A stretch of 64,000 bases of DNA from NCBI GenBank assembly GCA_903840165.1, contig CAIMEY010000002.1, positions 133,109 to 197,108 of the forward strand, written 5' to 3'. A program made the translations under genes and the position numbers. The DNA comes from an uncultured Myxococcales bacterium (lineage in GTDB: Bacteria; Myxococcota_A; UBA9042). Under the pieces are notes generated by a model that was given only the letters and a program-made list of their open reading frames with translations, was not told the DNA's origin and made no database searches. Below, one piece after another: positions 19,930-30,495 of the stretch. How positions within the stretch are numbered: the first letter of the stretch is position 1; the number at the start of each line of letters is the position of its first letter.

Positions 19930-22900
19930 CTACTTGCAGGCGCAGGCCGTGTCGAGCTTGTAGTCGCCCGCGTAGCCATCATAGCCATCGACAACGAACA
20001 AGTACTTGGAATCCTTGACCGCATTGAAGGTCACGGCCACGGTGCTGTTCATCATCAGGCCGCCGGCGAGGCAGGTCTTGCCGTCGCAGATCTTGCTGCC
20101 GTCGAGCACGAACAGGTCGAGGTAGCCCGGCGTCGTGCTGACCTTGGTCAAGGTCACAGTGATCGCACCAGTGCACGAAGCCGTGAAATCATACGTGTAT
20201 TCGTTGCCCGTCTCGGTGCCGTAGGTGTTGGCGGGGCAGACGTACGTGTCCACCTTGTCGGTGCTGCCCGTGCTGTCGCTGGTGTACTGGTCGCTGCTGC
20301 CACAGCTCATCGGGAAGTCGCCGACGCAGCCGGCCGCGCACGACGCATCGGCGGCGCAATCGCTGTCCGCACAGTCGGTTGTGCCGTCTTTGTCGTTGTC
20401 GATGCCGTCGTTGCAGATGGCTTCAGTGGCCGGAATCGGCGTGCAGCCGCAGTCGATCTTGATGTCATACTGACCGCTGTAGTTGTTGTAACCGTCGACA
20501 ACGATGTCGTATTTGGCACCCTTCTTGCCAGCGAACTTGACCGTCGCCGTTTTGCCGCCCATCAGGCCATGGGCAACGCAGCTGGAACCCGCGCACACTT
20601 GGCTGCCGTCAAGGACAAACAAGTCGAGGAATCCTGCGGCCGTAGACGTCTTGGTCAAGGTCACGGTCACGTCGCCGTCGCACTCGCCCAAGTAGGTGTA
20701 GGTGTATTCGCTGCCGGTTTCGTTGCCGAAGCTACCGTCTTTGCAGGTGTAGCTGTCAACGATGTCCGTGCTGCCGGCGCTGGCGTTGCCATAGGAATCC
20801 GTGCCGCCGCAGGTGAGCGGGAAGTCGCCACTGCACTGGCACACGGGGTTGGCCGCGCAATCGCTGTCGGCGCAATCGGTTTTGCCGTCTTTGTCGTTGT
20901 CGACCTTGTCATCGCAAATCGATTCCTTGCTGATGACGCAGGCGGGGTCCTTGGCGCAATCGCTGTCCGAGCAGTCGGTCTTGCCGTCCTGGTCATTGTC
21001 GATTTGGTCGGCGCACTTGGTCTCCGTGGTGACCTTGCAGGCGGCATCGGCAGCGCAATCGCTGTCATCACAGTCGGTTTTGCCGTCGCCATCGTTGTCG
21101 ATCTTGTCGGCGCAGAGGGTTTCCTTGCCGGCGCAAACCGCCTTGATCGTGTAATCGGACTTGACGGCATTGTAGCCATCGACCGCGAACAAGTACTTGT
21201 CGCCCTTCTTGACGCTGACGGTCTTGGTGGCCGCGTTGTTGCTCATCAGCGCGTGCGCGACGCAGGTATTGGCTGCGCAAGGTTTGGTGCCGTCGAGCAA
21301 GAACAAGTCAATGAACTCACTGGCGCTGCCCGTCTTGGTCAGCGTCACGGTCAAATCGCCTGTGCAATCAGCGGTGTAGGAGTAGGTCAGTTCCGGCCCT
21401 GTCTCATTGCCAGCGCTGCCGTCGGTGCAGGTCCAGGTGTTGACGACCTGGGTGCTGCCATTGCCGCCGTTGTTCCAGTTGTCGGCAACGCCAGACTTAA
21501 GCGTATACGAGGCCTTGCAGGAGCAGGCGGCATCAGCGGCGCAATCGCTGTCGGCGCAGTCGATCTTGCCGTCCTTGTCGTTGTCGATCTTGTCGCTGCA
21601 GAGCGTTTCCGTGCTGGTCGGCGCGCAGGCCGGATCCTTGGCGCAATCGCTGTCATTGCAGTCGGTTTTGCCGTCCTTGTCGTTGTCGATCTTGTCGGTG
21701 CAGTTGGCTTCGGTGCTCGGCGCGACGCAGGCGGGATCCTTGGCGCAATCGCTGTCGCCGCAGTCGGTTTTGCCATCCTTGTCGTTGTCGACCTTGTCGG
21801 TACAGTTGGTCTCAACGGTGGGTGTGCAAGCCAGATCGGCAGCGCAATCGCTGTCTTTGCAGTCGGTCAGGCCATCGGCATCGTTGTCGATCGTGTCGTT
21901 GCAGATGGTTTCCTTGCCGCCCGCGCAGCCGCACTGGATCTTGAGGGTGAAATCGGTGGCGAGATTGGCGTAACCGTCGACAACTACAAGGTACTTGGTG
22001 CCCTTCTTGGCGTCCTTGAGCGTCACGGTCGCCGCGTCGGTGCCCATCAAGTTGTGGGCAATGCAGGTGTTGGCCGCGCACGCCTTGCTACCATCGAGGA
22101 CGAAGAGGTCCAAGTAGCCAGATGCAGTGCCAATCTTCTGTAGCGAAATGGTCATCGCGCCATCGCATTCCGCGGTGACGTCGTACACCATTTCGGGGCC
22201 AGTTTCCTGATTGGCATTACCATCTTTGCAGGTGTAGCTGTCCAGGGCCTTGCTGCTGCCGGCGTCGCCGTTGTTGCCCTTGACCGAATCGCCGCAGATG
22301 TGGCTGCCGGCGCTCTGGCAGGTGGCCACAGGCACGTTGCAAGCGGCGGCCTTGGTACAATCGTCGTCGGCGCAGTCGGTATTGCCGTCGCCGTCATCGT
22401 CTTTCTTATTGGCGCAGTCCGCTTCGCACTGCTTGCCGCAGGCCGCGAACACTTCCTTGACGCAAACAGCGTCCCAGGCGGTGTCGCAGCAGTAGCCGTC
22501 GCCGCTCCAGTTCCCAGAAGCGTCTTTGGTTCCGCAGACTTTGGCAGCGCACGGGTCGCAGGCGGGGTCCAGTGGCTTGCCACCAGCGGCAGCGGCGCAG
22601 ACGTTGCAGGTCGCCTTGCACGCGGCATCAGCGGCGCAATCGGCGTCGTTGCAGTCGACTAAGCCATCGAGGTCATTGTCGATCTTGTCGGTGCAGTTGG
22701 TCTCGGTCTTGGGGGCCAAGCACTTGGCATCCTTGGCGCAGTCGCTGTCGTTGCAGTCGGTCTTGCCGTCTTTGTCGTCGTCGACCAAGTTGCCGCAGTT
22801 TGTCTCGACCGTCACGGCGCACGCGGCGTTGACCGCACAATCGTTGTCGGCGCAATCGGTTAGGCCGTCTTTGTCGTCGTCGATGCCATTGGTGCAGTTG

Positions 22901-23913
22901 ACTTCGCCGTTGGCGTTGCAGGCTGCATCCGCGGCGCAATCGTTGTCTTTGCAGTCGGTTGCGCCGTCCTTGTCGTCGTCAATGCCATTGGTGCAGTTGG
23001 CTTCCTTGGTCGGATTGGCGCAGGCCGCGTCGGCAGCGCAATCGTTGTCGGCGCAGTCCGTGGCGCCGTCCTTGTCGTCGTCAACGCCATTGGCGCAGTT
23101 GGTTTCCTTGGCGGGGATAGCTGCACACGCTGGGAAGGTCGCGCAATCACTGTCTTTGCAGTCGGTCTGACCGTCGCCGTCGTCGTCGATGTTGTTGGCG
23201 CAATCCGTTTCCGTCTTGCCAATCGCACACTTGGGGTCGGTGGCGCAGTCGTTGTCGGCGCAGTCGATGGCACCGTCGCAGTCGTCATCCTTGCCATCTG
23301 AGCAGTTGATTTCTTTGGTGTTTGCGCAGGTGCCGCTGCCGCCCTTGCAAACGCCGGCGACGCACAAGTCGCCCGTGGTCGTCGGGTCGCCGTCATCGCA
23401 GGGCTTGCCGTTGTTGGTGTACTGGCAACCGTTGGTAGAATCACAGGTTTCGTCGGTGCACGGGTTGTTGTCGTCGCAGTTGGCCTTGACGGTGCCGTTG
23501 CAGGTGCCGGCCGTGCAGACCGCTTGGCTGTAGCACATGTCGGCCGACTGGCAGTTGGTGCCGTCCGGGGCCGTGGCTGTTTGGCAAGTACCTGAACTTA
23601 CGTCACATTGGGCGACTTGGCAGGAGCCGACGTTGACCTTGCCGGTGCAATCGGCGTCGGTTTTGCAGCCGCCGCTCTGACTGCCTTGATCATCGGGGGT
23701 TTGCACGTCGTTGGTGCCGGTGTCGACCTTGGTCGTGTCGCCCGCCTTGGTGTCGCCTAGGTTCACGACGACGTCTTGTCCGCCGTTATTGTTGGCATTA
23801 TTGGTGGACGACTGCGTTCCGTTGCCGTCACTGCAGGCAGCTGCGAGCACAAGGCCAGCCGCAAGCAGGACGCGGGTACAGGCATTCAGGGCCGTGGAAG
23901 CGGGACGATGCAT
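19930..23913 (-). CDS. Modular Cys/Asp-rich lipoprotein: DxDxDG repeats plus four PPC-like domains
   Basis: Lipobox LAAAC; many ExxCxDxxDNDxDGxxDCxDxDC repeats; four copies of an ETGxE..DLFVLDG..VVDGY domain. Confidence 0.88.
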   Translation of the reverse strand: MHRPASTALNACTRVLLAAGLVLAAACSDGNGTQSSTNNANNNGGQDVVVNLGDTKAGDTTKVDTGTNDVQTPDDQGSQSGGCKTDADCTGKVNVGSCQVAQCDVSSGTCQTATAPDGTNCQSADMCYSQAVCTAGTCNGTVKANCDDNNPCTDETCDSTNGCQYTNNGKPCDDGDPTTTGDLCVAGVCKGGSGTCANTKEINCSDGKDDDCDGAIDCADNDCATDPKCAIGKTETDCANNIDDDGDGQTDCKDSDCATFPACAAIPAKETNCANGVDDDKDGATDCADNDCAADAACANPTKEANCTNGIDDDKDGATDCKDNDCAADAACNANGEVNCTNGIDDDKDGLTDCADNDCAVNAACAVTVETNCGNLVDDDKDGKTDCNDSDCAKDAKCLAPKTETNCTDKIDNDLDGLVDCNDADCAADAACKATCNVCAAAAGGKPLDPACDPCAAKVCGTKDASGNWSGDGYCCDTAWDAVCVKEVFAACGKQCEADCANKKDDDGDGNTDCADDDCTKAAACNVPVATCQSAGSHICGDSVKGNNGDAGSSKALDSYTCKDGNANQETGPEMVYDVTAECDGAMTISLQKIGTASGYLDLFVLDGSKACAANTCIAHNLMGTDAATVTLKDAKKGTKYLVVVDGYANLATDFTLKIQCGCAGGKETICNDTIDNDADGLTDCKDSDCAADLACTPTVETNCTDKVDNDKDGKTDCGDSDCAKDPACVAPSTEANCTDKIDNDKDGKTDCNDSDCAKDPACAPTSTETLCSDKIDNDKDGKIDCADSDCAADAACSCKASYTLKSGVADNWNNGGNGSTQVVNTWTCTDGSAGNETGPELTYSYTADCTGDLTVTLTKTGSASEFIDLFLLDGTKPCAANTCVAHALMSNNAATKTVSVKKGDKYLFAVDGYNAVKSDYTIKAVCAGKETLCADKIDNDGDGKTDCDDSDCAADAACKVTTETKCADQIDNDQDGKTDCSDSDCAKDPACVISKESICDDKVDNDKDGKTDCADSDCAANPVCQCSGDFPLTCGGTDSYGNASAGSTDIVDSYTCKDGSFGNETGSEYTYTYLGECDGDVTVTLTKTSTAAGFLDLFVLDGSQVCAGSSCVAHGLMGGKTATVKFAGKKGAKYDIVVDGYNNYSGQYDIKIDCGCTPIPATEAICNDGIDNDKDGTTDCADSDCAADASCAAGCVGDFPMSCGSSDQYTSDSTGSTDKVDTYVCPANTYGTETGNEYTYDFTASCTGAITVTLTKVSTTPGYLDLFVLDGSKICDGKTCLAGGLMMNSTVAVTFNAVKDSKYLFVVDGYDGYAGDYKLDTACACK

Positions 23914-24285
23914 GGTAAGCTCCGAGAATGATTCTGAAAAAACCGGCAACTAGCCCCGGCTCTTGACGATCTGCCTGGCGCGAAGGGCGCAAGAGGATAC
24001 GGATCGGCCTGCCTGCGGTCAAGGGATTTCGTGCGCAAGGGACTTGGCGCGAGTCCGTTAAGGCCCAGCCCGCCTCACCGTCGCTTTCTGGCTGATGATC
24101 GAAGTAGGGGCGCAGGTCCTGCACATGGGCCGCGTGGTGATCGCCGGCACCGGCTCAGGTTGCGGGTCGTAGGCCAATCGAGCCGTCGCGCGGCGGTCGA
24201 TCACTGCAAAGGTCAGTCGTTGTAGGGGTTTGACCACTGCCCGCCATTGACAGTGCGGGCTTTGACCGTGCCCAAAGTGCACCTT

Positions 24286-24939
24286 CTAGAGGGCGGAATG
24301 CGCTTGGGGAAAGCGCTTTTCAGCATTTGGCTTCAGGGGCACGATCAGGTTGCGGAACTCGATCTCGCCCACGCCCTCGGCGTGGAAACTCTTGTCGACT
24401 TTGCCGTAGCGCGTGGTCGGTTTTGAATTCGTCTCCAGGGAACGCGGCTCAAGGCTACCGCACACGGTCAGGTCGACACCGCAGGGCACAAAGACTTCGC
24501 CAAAGAAATTGCCCTCTTCGCTGCCTAGGCCCCGATAGACCATCTTGGCGTTGGCATCCAGACAGTCGCCGATGGCGAAGTAGATGTAATAGTCCTCGCT
24601 AGCGGTGCGTCGTGGTCCTTCAAACTTGCCGCCAATCTCCACCTCGCAACTGCGCTTTTCTGTGCCGGAAACCGCTGTCGGCAGGGCAACAGCTGGCGTC
24701 GCCGGAGCCGCAATCACCACTGCGACGGGGTCGGCCTTGGCCAGTGCTGGCTTAGGTTCCTCTGACGCAATCGCGGGTTTGGGCATGCTAGGCGCCTCGG
24801 ACTTCTTGGTACAGGCACCCATGACCACGACCAGCAGGCCAATTAGCGCAAGGAGTTCAGCCCTTGGCGCGGTGCCAGCGTTGCCGATTGGCACAGGCGC
24901 ATCCAGGACAACCTTGAAATAACTAGGGATCTGTATCAT
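24286..24939 (-). CDS. Hypothetical lipoprotein
   Basis: Hydrophobic stretch ending VMGAC followed by a Pro/Ala linker; ATG overlaps the upstream TGA. Confidence 0.65.
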   Translation of the reverse strand: MIQIPSYFKVVLDAPVPIGNAGTAPRAELLALIGLLVVVMGACTKKSEAPSMPKPAIASEEPKPALAKADPVAVVIAAPATPAVALPTAVSGTEKRSCEVEIGGKFEGPRRTASEDYYIYFAIGDCLDANAKMVYRGLGSEEGNFFGEVFVPCGVDLTVCGSLEPRSLETNSKPTTRYGKVDKSFHAEGVGEIEFRNLIVPLKPNAEKRFPQAHSAL

Positions 24940-26483
24940 TGGTTTGCACTCCAAACGAGGCTGCCGCGGCCCAGGCTAGGGGCGTCGGCGGTCGAACCGT
25001 CGCGGATGTCTGCCTGCAACGGCATGGCACGGCCGCCGCCGAAGACATACTGGTCCATTTGCTTGAGGTTTCCGGTCAGTACTAGGTCGACAAAGCCAGA
25101 CGCGCGAACGCTCGGGATGACGGCCTGGGCCAACGCAGGGGGCACCGTGGCGCGAATTTCGATCTTGCCGTCGACGACGCGTACGGGCACGGTCATCACG
25201 AATGGCGTGCTGCCCGGAACGAAGAGGTATGCGCGCAAGGTATCATTTTTGCTGTCTTTTCCGTCGGGAAGGATAGCGATTCGCGCCTCGCGGAACTGCC
25301 AACTGCCGACCAGCCACGCCGTGCTGCGAATGCGCGGCAGGATTCCGCGAATCATTAACACCGGCGCCGGGTTAGCGGGTACGGTCAGCTTGGCTTCAGC
25401 GGTGCCTCCTGCCGCCACGTCGATGGCAACCTCAGCGCCTGGAGCCACTTGCGCGACCACAGTTCCGTCCCGGCTGCCACTGTTCTTGACGGCAATGACG
25501 ACGTCGACGTCCTTTCCCCGTGCAAACACGGTCATCCGCGGCGCAATCCCGTCGACCTTGTGGGTTCGCAGTCCGAGTTCCCCATCAATTGCGTGTAGGT
25601 AGATGTCGGTCATACGCGTTGTCGGCAGCGCCTGCCACACGCGGCCGATCGCTTCTAGGGGCACGTCCGCGTCACAAGCCCGCTTATCCACGCCCAATTC
25701 GCGGCGGACAGGCTGGATGCCCACGACCTTGGCACTTGCTTCGCCGTCGCAGTCGAAGTGAAATTCCAGAATCAAACCAATCTTTTGCGTGCGCACCCCG
25801 CCGTGGGGCTGACACTGCGCTGTGTGGCTCAGCGTCAGATTCTGGCCGGGCAGCAGCAGTTGGCTGAGACGGTCGCCGCCGGCCAGTTCGACCTCAGCCA
25901 CCACTTGGTTTCGCGTCGGATTGTGCAGGATATATTTGAAAGTATAGTCTTTAGGCGTCAAGAACTTCCAACTGGTCGCTTGATTGCGCTTGAGCTCGTC
26001 CTGCAGCGCCTGTTGTGAAACGGTCGGGCCGCGCGGCTCCTCTTCCTCCGAAACCTGAGGCGATTCAACGGTGACCCACTGCGCGGCCTTGCTCGTCTGC
26101 ACGAGTTCTTGCAGGGCGTGCCACAGCGGGACACCGTCCGGCGTATCGGCCCGCGCTGCATAGAGATCGACTACCGTCTGCAGCGAGCACTCGCATTCCG
26201 GTTTTGGCTTGTCCGGCTTGCACTTGGGCAGCAGTCGCGCGCAGACCGACGCCACAGGCTCGCCACTGTTGGCCGCTGCCTGGTTGCGCGCCGCTACCGT
26301 CGGTCCGTCCATAACCACGCCATGGACGTTGGAACTGCTGCACCCGTCGGTCACCGCGAGCAGCAGGGCCAGCATCCCGGCCCACCGCAGAGCCAGCCGC
26401 GGAGCGCTGAGAACGGACAGAGAATTGCCACGAAAAATCGCGGAGATCGAGCGGAACTGTTGGAGCGTGAGGGGCGACAGCAT
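24936..26483 (-). CDS. Hypothetical exported protein
   Basis: 515-aa ORF with a lipobox-like LLAVTDGC segment; coupled to the downstream gene; start uncertain. Confidence 0.65.
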   Translation of the reverse strand: MLSPLTLQQFRSISAIFRGNSLSVLSAPRLALRWAGMLALLLAVTDGCSSSNVHGVVMDGPTVAARNQAAANSGEPVASVCARLLPKCKPDKPKPECECSLQTVVDLYAARADTPDGVPLWHALQELVQTSKAAQWVTVESPQVSEEEEPRGPTVSQQALQDELKRNQATSWKFLTPKDYTFKYILHNPTRNQVVAEVELAGGDRLSQLLLPGQNLTLSHTAQCQPHGGVRTQKIGLILEFHFDCDGEASAKVVGIQPVRRELGVDKRACDADVPLEAIGRVWQALPTTRMTDIYLHAIDGELGLRTHKVDGIAPRMTVFARGKDVDVVIAVKNSGSRDGTVVAQVAPGAEVAIDVAAGGTAEAKLTVPANPAPVLMIRGILPRIRSTAWLVGSWQFREARIAILPDGKDSKNDTLRAYLFVPGSTPFVMTVPVRVVDGKIEIRATVPPALAQAVIPSVRASGFVDLVLTGNLKQMDQYVFGGGRAMPLQADIRDGSTADAPSLGRGSLVWSANQ

Positions 26484-26649
26484 CGGTGGGTCCGTCCTAG
26501 GAGAATCTCAGCGTAGCGCCCCAGCGCCCCCTCAGCAAGGGGCCTGGACCGATGTCCGTAACGGCACCAAAATACATTGTAATGTAAGCGATTTTTCGCC
26601 AAAGAAGCTCAGGCCAATTTCGGCGCAGTAGCCAGCGTCTGTCCAGCGC

Positions 26650-28101
26650 ATGCTCGATTTGCGGCGAGGTCGCCATCACGCTACGCTAGACCCCGTGCGA
26701 AACGAATTTCCTCAGCCTTTCGGTCCCTATGAACTCTTGCGCCGGGTCGGTCGCGGCGGTATGGCGGAAGTTTTCCTGGCCAAAGCGACCAGTGCGCGGG
26801 GTGACAAGCGCCTCGTCGCCCTCAAGCGCATGCACGCAACATTGTCCGAGGACCAAAGTGCCGTGGCGATGCTCATTGAAGAAGCGCGCCTGTGCATGCG
26901 CTTTCACCATGACAACATTGCCCAAACCTTTGAACTGGGCAACCACGATGGTGCCTATTTCTTCATCATGGAATACGTAGACGGCGTCGACCTCGGCACC
27001 GTCGGCAACCTGGTGGAGAGTAGGGGTACTTGCCTGGAACCCTCGATTGCGGCTTATGTTTGTGCCGCGATGGCCCGGGGCTTGGACTACGCGCACAACC
27101 TATGCGACGAGTCAGGGCAGCGCCTCGGTATCGTTCACCGCGATGTAAGTCCGCAAAATGTCTTGATTGGTCGTCATGGTGAGGTCAAGCTGATCGACTT
27201 TGGTGTCGCCAAGGTGGCGTCGCGCATTCAGCAGACCATGGCCGGGATTATCAAAGGCAAATACGCCTATATGAGTCCCGAGCAGGCCAGTGCTGAACCC
27301 GTGGATGCCCGCAGCGACGTCTTCTCGCTGGGCATTTGCATGCACGAATTGTTCAGTGGCCGTCCACTGTTTCGCGCCGTCGGTGCCGGTTCGCCTTACG
27401 CGATCCTCAGAGCGGTCCGCGACGACCCGATCACGCCCCTGCATGAGCTTGTTCCTGGGATTCCTTTGGAATTGTCTAGGATTGTTCACGCAGCCTTGGA
27501 ACGCGATGTGCAAAAGCGCACGCCTTCGGCTGGCCACTTGGCCGAGGAGTTGGAGGCGTGGCTGCGCAATTCGGCCCCCCGCCTCGACGCCCAGGGATTG
27601 TGCACTTATATCAGGCGCTTGGTTGAGGAGGCGCCCGCCGGTGCCTTGCCGCAGAACGCGATTGCGACGCCACCCCTGGCCAAGATGACCGGCGCGGAGT
27701 ACGAACCTTCGCAAATGAGCGTAGTTGCGGCTTCACCGCTCGAATTGGCGGAGGCCCACACGGTGGCCCGCCCTTCGCCGATGGCGCAGCCGCCAGCCTT
27801 GTCTAGGGGGCCTTCGCAGCAAGCCCTGCGCGCATCCGGCGAATTGGGACCCGCACGCCGTACGCCCGCACCGCAAAGCGTTCGCGTACAACCGGCTGTG
27901 TCTGCTGGACAATGGCAAAATGCCGATGGCCCTAGAGCGATTGCCGGTCCTCTGGCGGCCGCTTCCCAACCCGCCCAAGACCTGTCCTGGCGGCCCTCCC
28001 GGCGAGCAACCTTGCAATTTCTCTGGGTTGGGCTGGTCGCCCTGGTCTTCGCCTTAGGGTGGAGCGTGATCGCGACCCTGGTCAAGATCGGAAAACTATA
28101 G
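26650..28101 (+). CDS. Hanks-type Ser/Thr protein kinase with C-terminal TM helix
   Basis: GRGGMAEV, VALK, HRDVSPQN, DFGVAK, YMSPEQ, DVFSLG. The start may be GTG 26695. Confidence 0.95.
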   Translation: MLDLRRGRHHATLDPVRNEFPQPFGPYELLRRVGRGGMAEVFLAKATSARGDKRLVALKRMHATLSEDQSAVAMLIEEARLCMRFHHDNIAQTFELGNHDGAYFFIMEYVDGVDLGTVGNLVESRGTCLEPSIAAYVCAAMARGLDYAHNLCDESGQRLGIVHRDVSPQNVLIGRHGEVKLIDFGVAKVASRIQQTMAGIIKGKYAYMSPEQASAEPVDARSDVFSLGICMHELFSGRPLFRAVGAGSPYAILRAVRDDPITPLHELVPGIPLELSRIVHAALERDVQKRTPSAGHLAEELEAWLRNSAPRLDAQGLCTYIRRLVEEAPAGALPQNAIATPPLAKMTGAEYEPSQMSVVAASPLELAEAHTVARPSPMAQPPALSRGPSQQALRASGELGPARRTPAPQSVRVQPAVSAGQWQNADGPRAIAGPLAAASQPAQDLSWRPSRRATLQFLWVGLVALVFALGWSVIATLVKIGKL

Positions 28102-28109
28102 GAAATCTC

Positions 28110-30434
28110 ATGGAATTGCGCACTATCGTCCGCTACGTGCGGGTGTCTGTGGTGCTCCTGGGCGTCTGTTTTGCGGCCTTGGGGGAAGCCGCTGTGTTGC
28201 AGACGCCTGCCGGTGGTAAAATCACCTTTGATCACAAGCATTTGTGTGGACAGGTGCCGGAGGGTTGGCAAGTGGATGCCGACCATCATGGCCTGCGTCC
28301 CGAACGAGACCTGGCGGCTGGCAGCTCCGCGGTCATCCATCTCGCCGCGGAAGGCACTGCTTGTACAGGCAAACTGACGGCAACAACGGTGGTGGCGACG
28401 GGGCCTTGGCCCCAGGTTGATCCGGGCAGCGTCACTTTCTGGCCGGATGAAGGTCGCGTCGAATTCAAGGGTTCCAACTTGCGCGGCGCTGTGGTCGTGT
28501 GGAGTCAGGGCAACCGCAGCGGTGAGGACGCGTGCCAGGATCCCACGCAGTTGGCTCATGCTGAACAGTGTAACACCGCAGTCGCACATGGATTATCCGC
28601 CGATGCGTGGCTCAGCGCCTTGCCCGCAGGATCGCGCCATGGCGAGGGTGTCGTCACCTTCGACCTTGCCGGCCGTCCTGTCGGTGCCGACCATGGCGTG
28701 TTGAGGCCAGCAAAGATCGTGTTGAATCGCGCGATTCCGAGCACCGGCGCCGTTGACCTGACCGATGGCCTTGGGCGCATTGCCTTGCCCCATCCGGAAT
28801 GCGTGGCCAGCGTCGATTGCGGGTCGGCGCGCTGTGAACTGGCGGACGGCGCAGTCCTAGTGCGGAGCGTGCCGGGCATCGCCACGGCCGTTAGTGTCAA
28901 AGTGCGCCTTTCTCCACATGTTTTTGTGGCGCGCGGTGACGGTTTCGACCAGCACCAGGCCGCGACCTTTACGCTGGCCCATTGCCCCATCACCTTGTTG
29001 TCCGGTCCGCCGATTCGCGACCTCGATGACGTCCGCGTGATCGTGCGCCTCGACCAACGTTGTTCCAAGGATCCGCGGCTTTTGCGCTGGACCGCCGATG
29101 GCGACCCGGTCGACGTGCTGCGCGTGGAGAAGGACGGTGACGCCCACGACGTCGTCCTGCGCGTCGGTCGGCTGGAGGACGACCACGTGACGCTGGCGGC
29201 CAGTCGCGCTGAACCCGATGCGCCGGTACTGGCGGTGCTCGCCGAGAAGACCCGAGTCCTGCCTCAACCACGGATGTTAATTGAGCTTTCTGGCTATGGT
29301 CCCATTGAGTTCATCCCCAAGAATCGCGGAGCGTTGGTTCGCCTAGCACCGATTGACGACCACACGCGGATGCACGTGCTGCCCGTGGAGGGCGTGTATT
29401 CCAGCAGTCCTCAGGCCGATGGTTGGCTGGTGCGCGGCAGTGATTTGTCTGGAGGTTCTGTGCAGTTGCGCCTTGCCGTTCGCGCCGATGGACTGCCGGC
29501 CGTGCTCCGTGGTGTCAACCTGGCGGTGCTTACCGACGTGGTGCAGAGGCCCGTGCGCGACGCGACGATGCCCGTTCCCCTGGCCGATAGCGGCGATCGC
29601 CCTGATTTGGTGGAGTTACTGTGCCAAGTGCCTGGAGGGCCCGACATGCGCCTTTTGCCGGGGCTGAGCCATATTGACTTTACGCAGAGGGATGGCTGTC
29701 GATTGGTGATTCATCGCGGGCGGTTGCGTCCCGAAGATGGCACCCAAGACTTGATGCTCGAGATCGACATTGCGGCCCTCGACGGCTCGCCCCGTCCATT
29801 GGGCAAGGTGGCTGACCGTATCCTTTTGCGCGCGGGGCCTGACGATAAAGTCTATTGGATCAAAGGGGTTCGCTCTGTCTTTGACCGAATCCAGGTCCGC
29901 CTGTACCACGTCATCGATGAGACGCGTTACCTCATTTCGCCCGAGGGTCGACCCGTGGCACCGGCCCTGCAGTGGTCCATCATCACGGGCACGGGGCGCG
30001 TGCGCTTTTACGCGACGGCGGCTTTTCCCACGGGCCTGTACCGCGTGACCAATCCGACAGGTCTTTTGACGTTAAATTTCGGGGTGATGTCGCGAATCGT
30101 CATTCTGGATAGCGAAGGGCGGGAGGGCCTCGTCGGCATTGAACTCGGTGCCATCGGCGTAGGCCTTGTCAGCACAAGCAGTTTGCCCAATTATCCTGCG
30201 ACATTGGCAACGGTTGCAGGTCTCGGTGTCAGCGTGCCCCTGGGCAATGCCGGGCAGCCGACTCAGGCCAGCCTCAACCTACATGCCTGGGTTTCTTACG
30301 AATGGCGTTCCGATTTCAAGTACTATCCCAGCGCCGCCGACGCAACGGCCGATACCCAGGGACACTGGGCACCTCACTGGGCCTTTATCTTCGGACCCAG
30401 CATTTCCATTGGTAATATTGGCACTGTGCTCTAG
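28110..30434 (+). CDS. Large exported hypothetical protein
   Basis: Signal peptide and a beta-strand-rich C-terminus ending WAFIFGPSISIGNIGTVL; begins 8 bp after the kinase stop. Confidence 0.75.
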   Translation: MELRTIVRYVRVSVVLLGVCFAALGEAAVLQTPAGGKITFDHKHLCGQVPEGWQVDADHHGLRPERDLAAGSSAVIHLAAEGTACTGKLTATTVVATGPWPQVDPGSVTFWPDEGRVEFKGSNLRGAVVVWSQGNRSGEDACQDPTQLAHAEQCNTAVAHGLSADAWLSALPAGSRHGEGVVTFDLAGRPVGADHGVLRPAKIVLNRAIPSTGAVDLTDGLGRIALPHPECVASVDCGSARCELADGAVLVRSVPGIATAVSVKVRLSPHVFVARGDGFDQHQAATFTLAHCPITLLSGPPIRDLDDVRVIVRLDQRCSKDPRLLRWTADGDPVDVLRVEKDGDAHDVVLRVGRLEDDHVTLAASRAEPDAPVLAVLAEKTRVLPQPRMLIELSGYGPIEFIPKNRGALVRLAPIDDHTRMHVLPVEGVYSSSPQADGWLVRGSDLSGGSVQLRLAVRADGLPAVLRGVNLAVLTDVVQRPVRDATMPVPLADSGDRPDLVELLCQVPGGPDMRLLPGLSHIDFTQRDGCRLVIHRGRLRPEDGTQDLMLEIDIAALDGSPRPLGKVADRILLRAGPDDKVYWIKGVRSVFDRIQVRLYHVIDETRYLISPEGRPVAPALQWSIITGTGRVRFYATAAFPTGLYRVTNPTGLLTLNFGVMSRIVILDSEGREGLVGIELGAIGVGLVSTSSLPNYPATLATVAGLGVSVPLGNAGQPTQASLNLHAWVSYEWRSDFKYYPSAADATADTQGHWAPHWAFIFGPSISIGNIGTVL

Positions 30435-30495
30435 CGTCACCGCTGATTGGCTAGCCAACATTGCCTGGGCCGGTGCCGCTGCCCACGAGAACGCG

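Noticed and set aside
19846..22143. 765-aa plus-strand ORF
   Set aside because: Antisense shadow of the 19930-23913 repeat gene.
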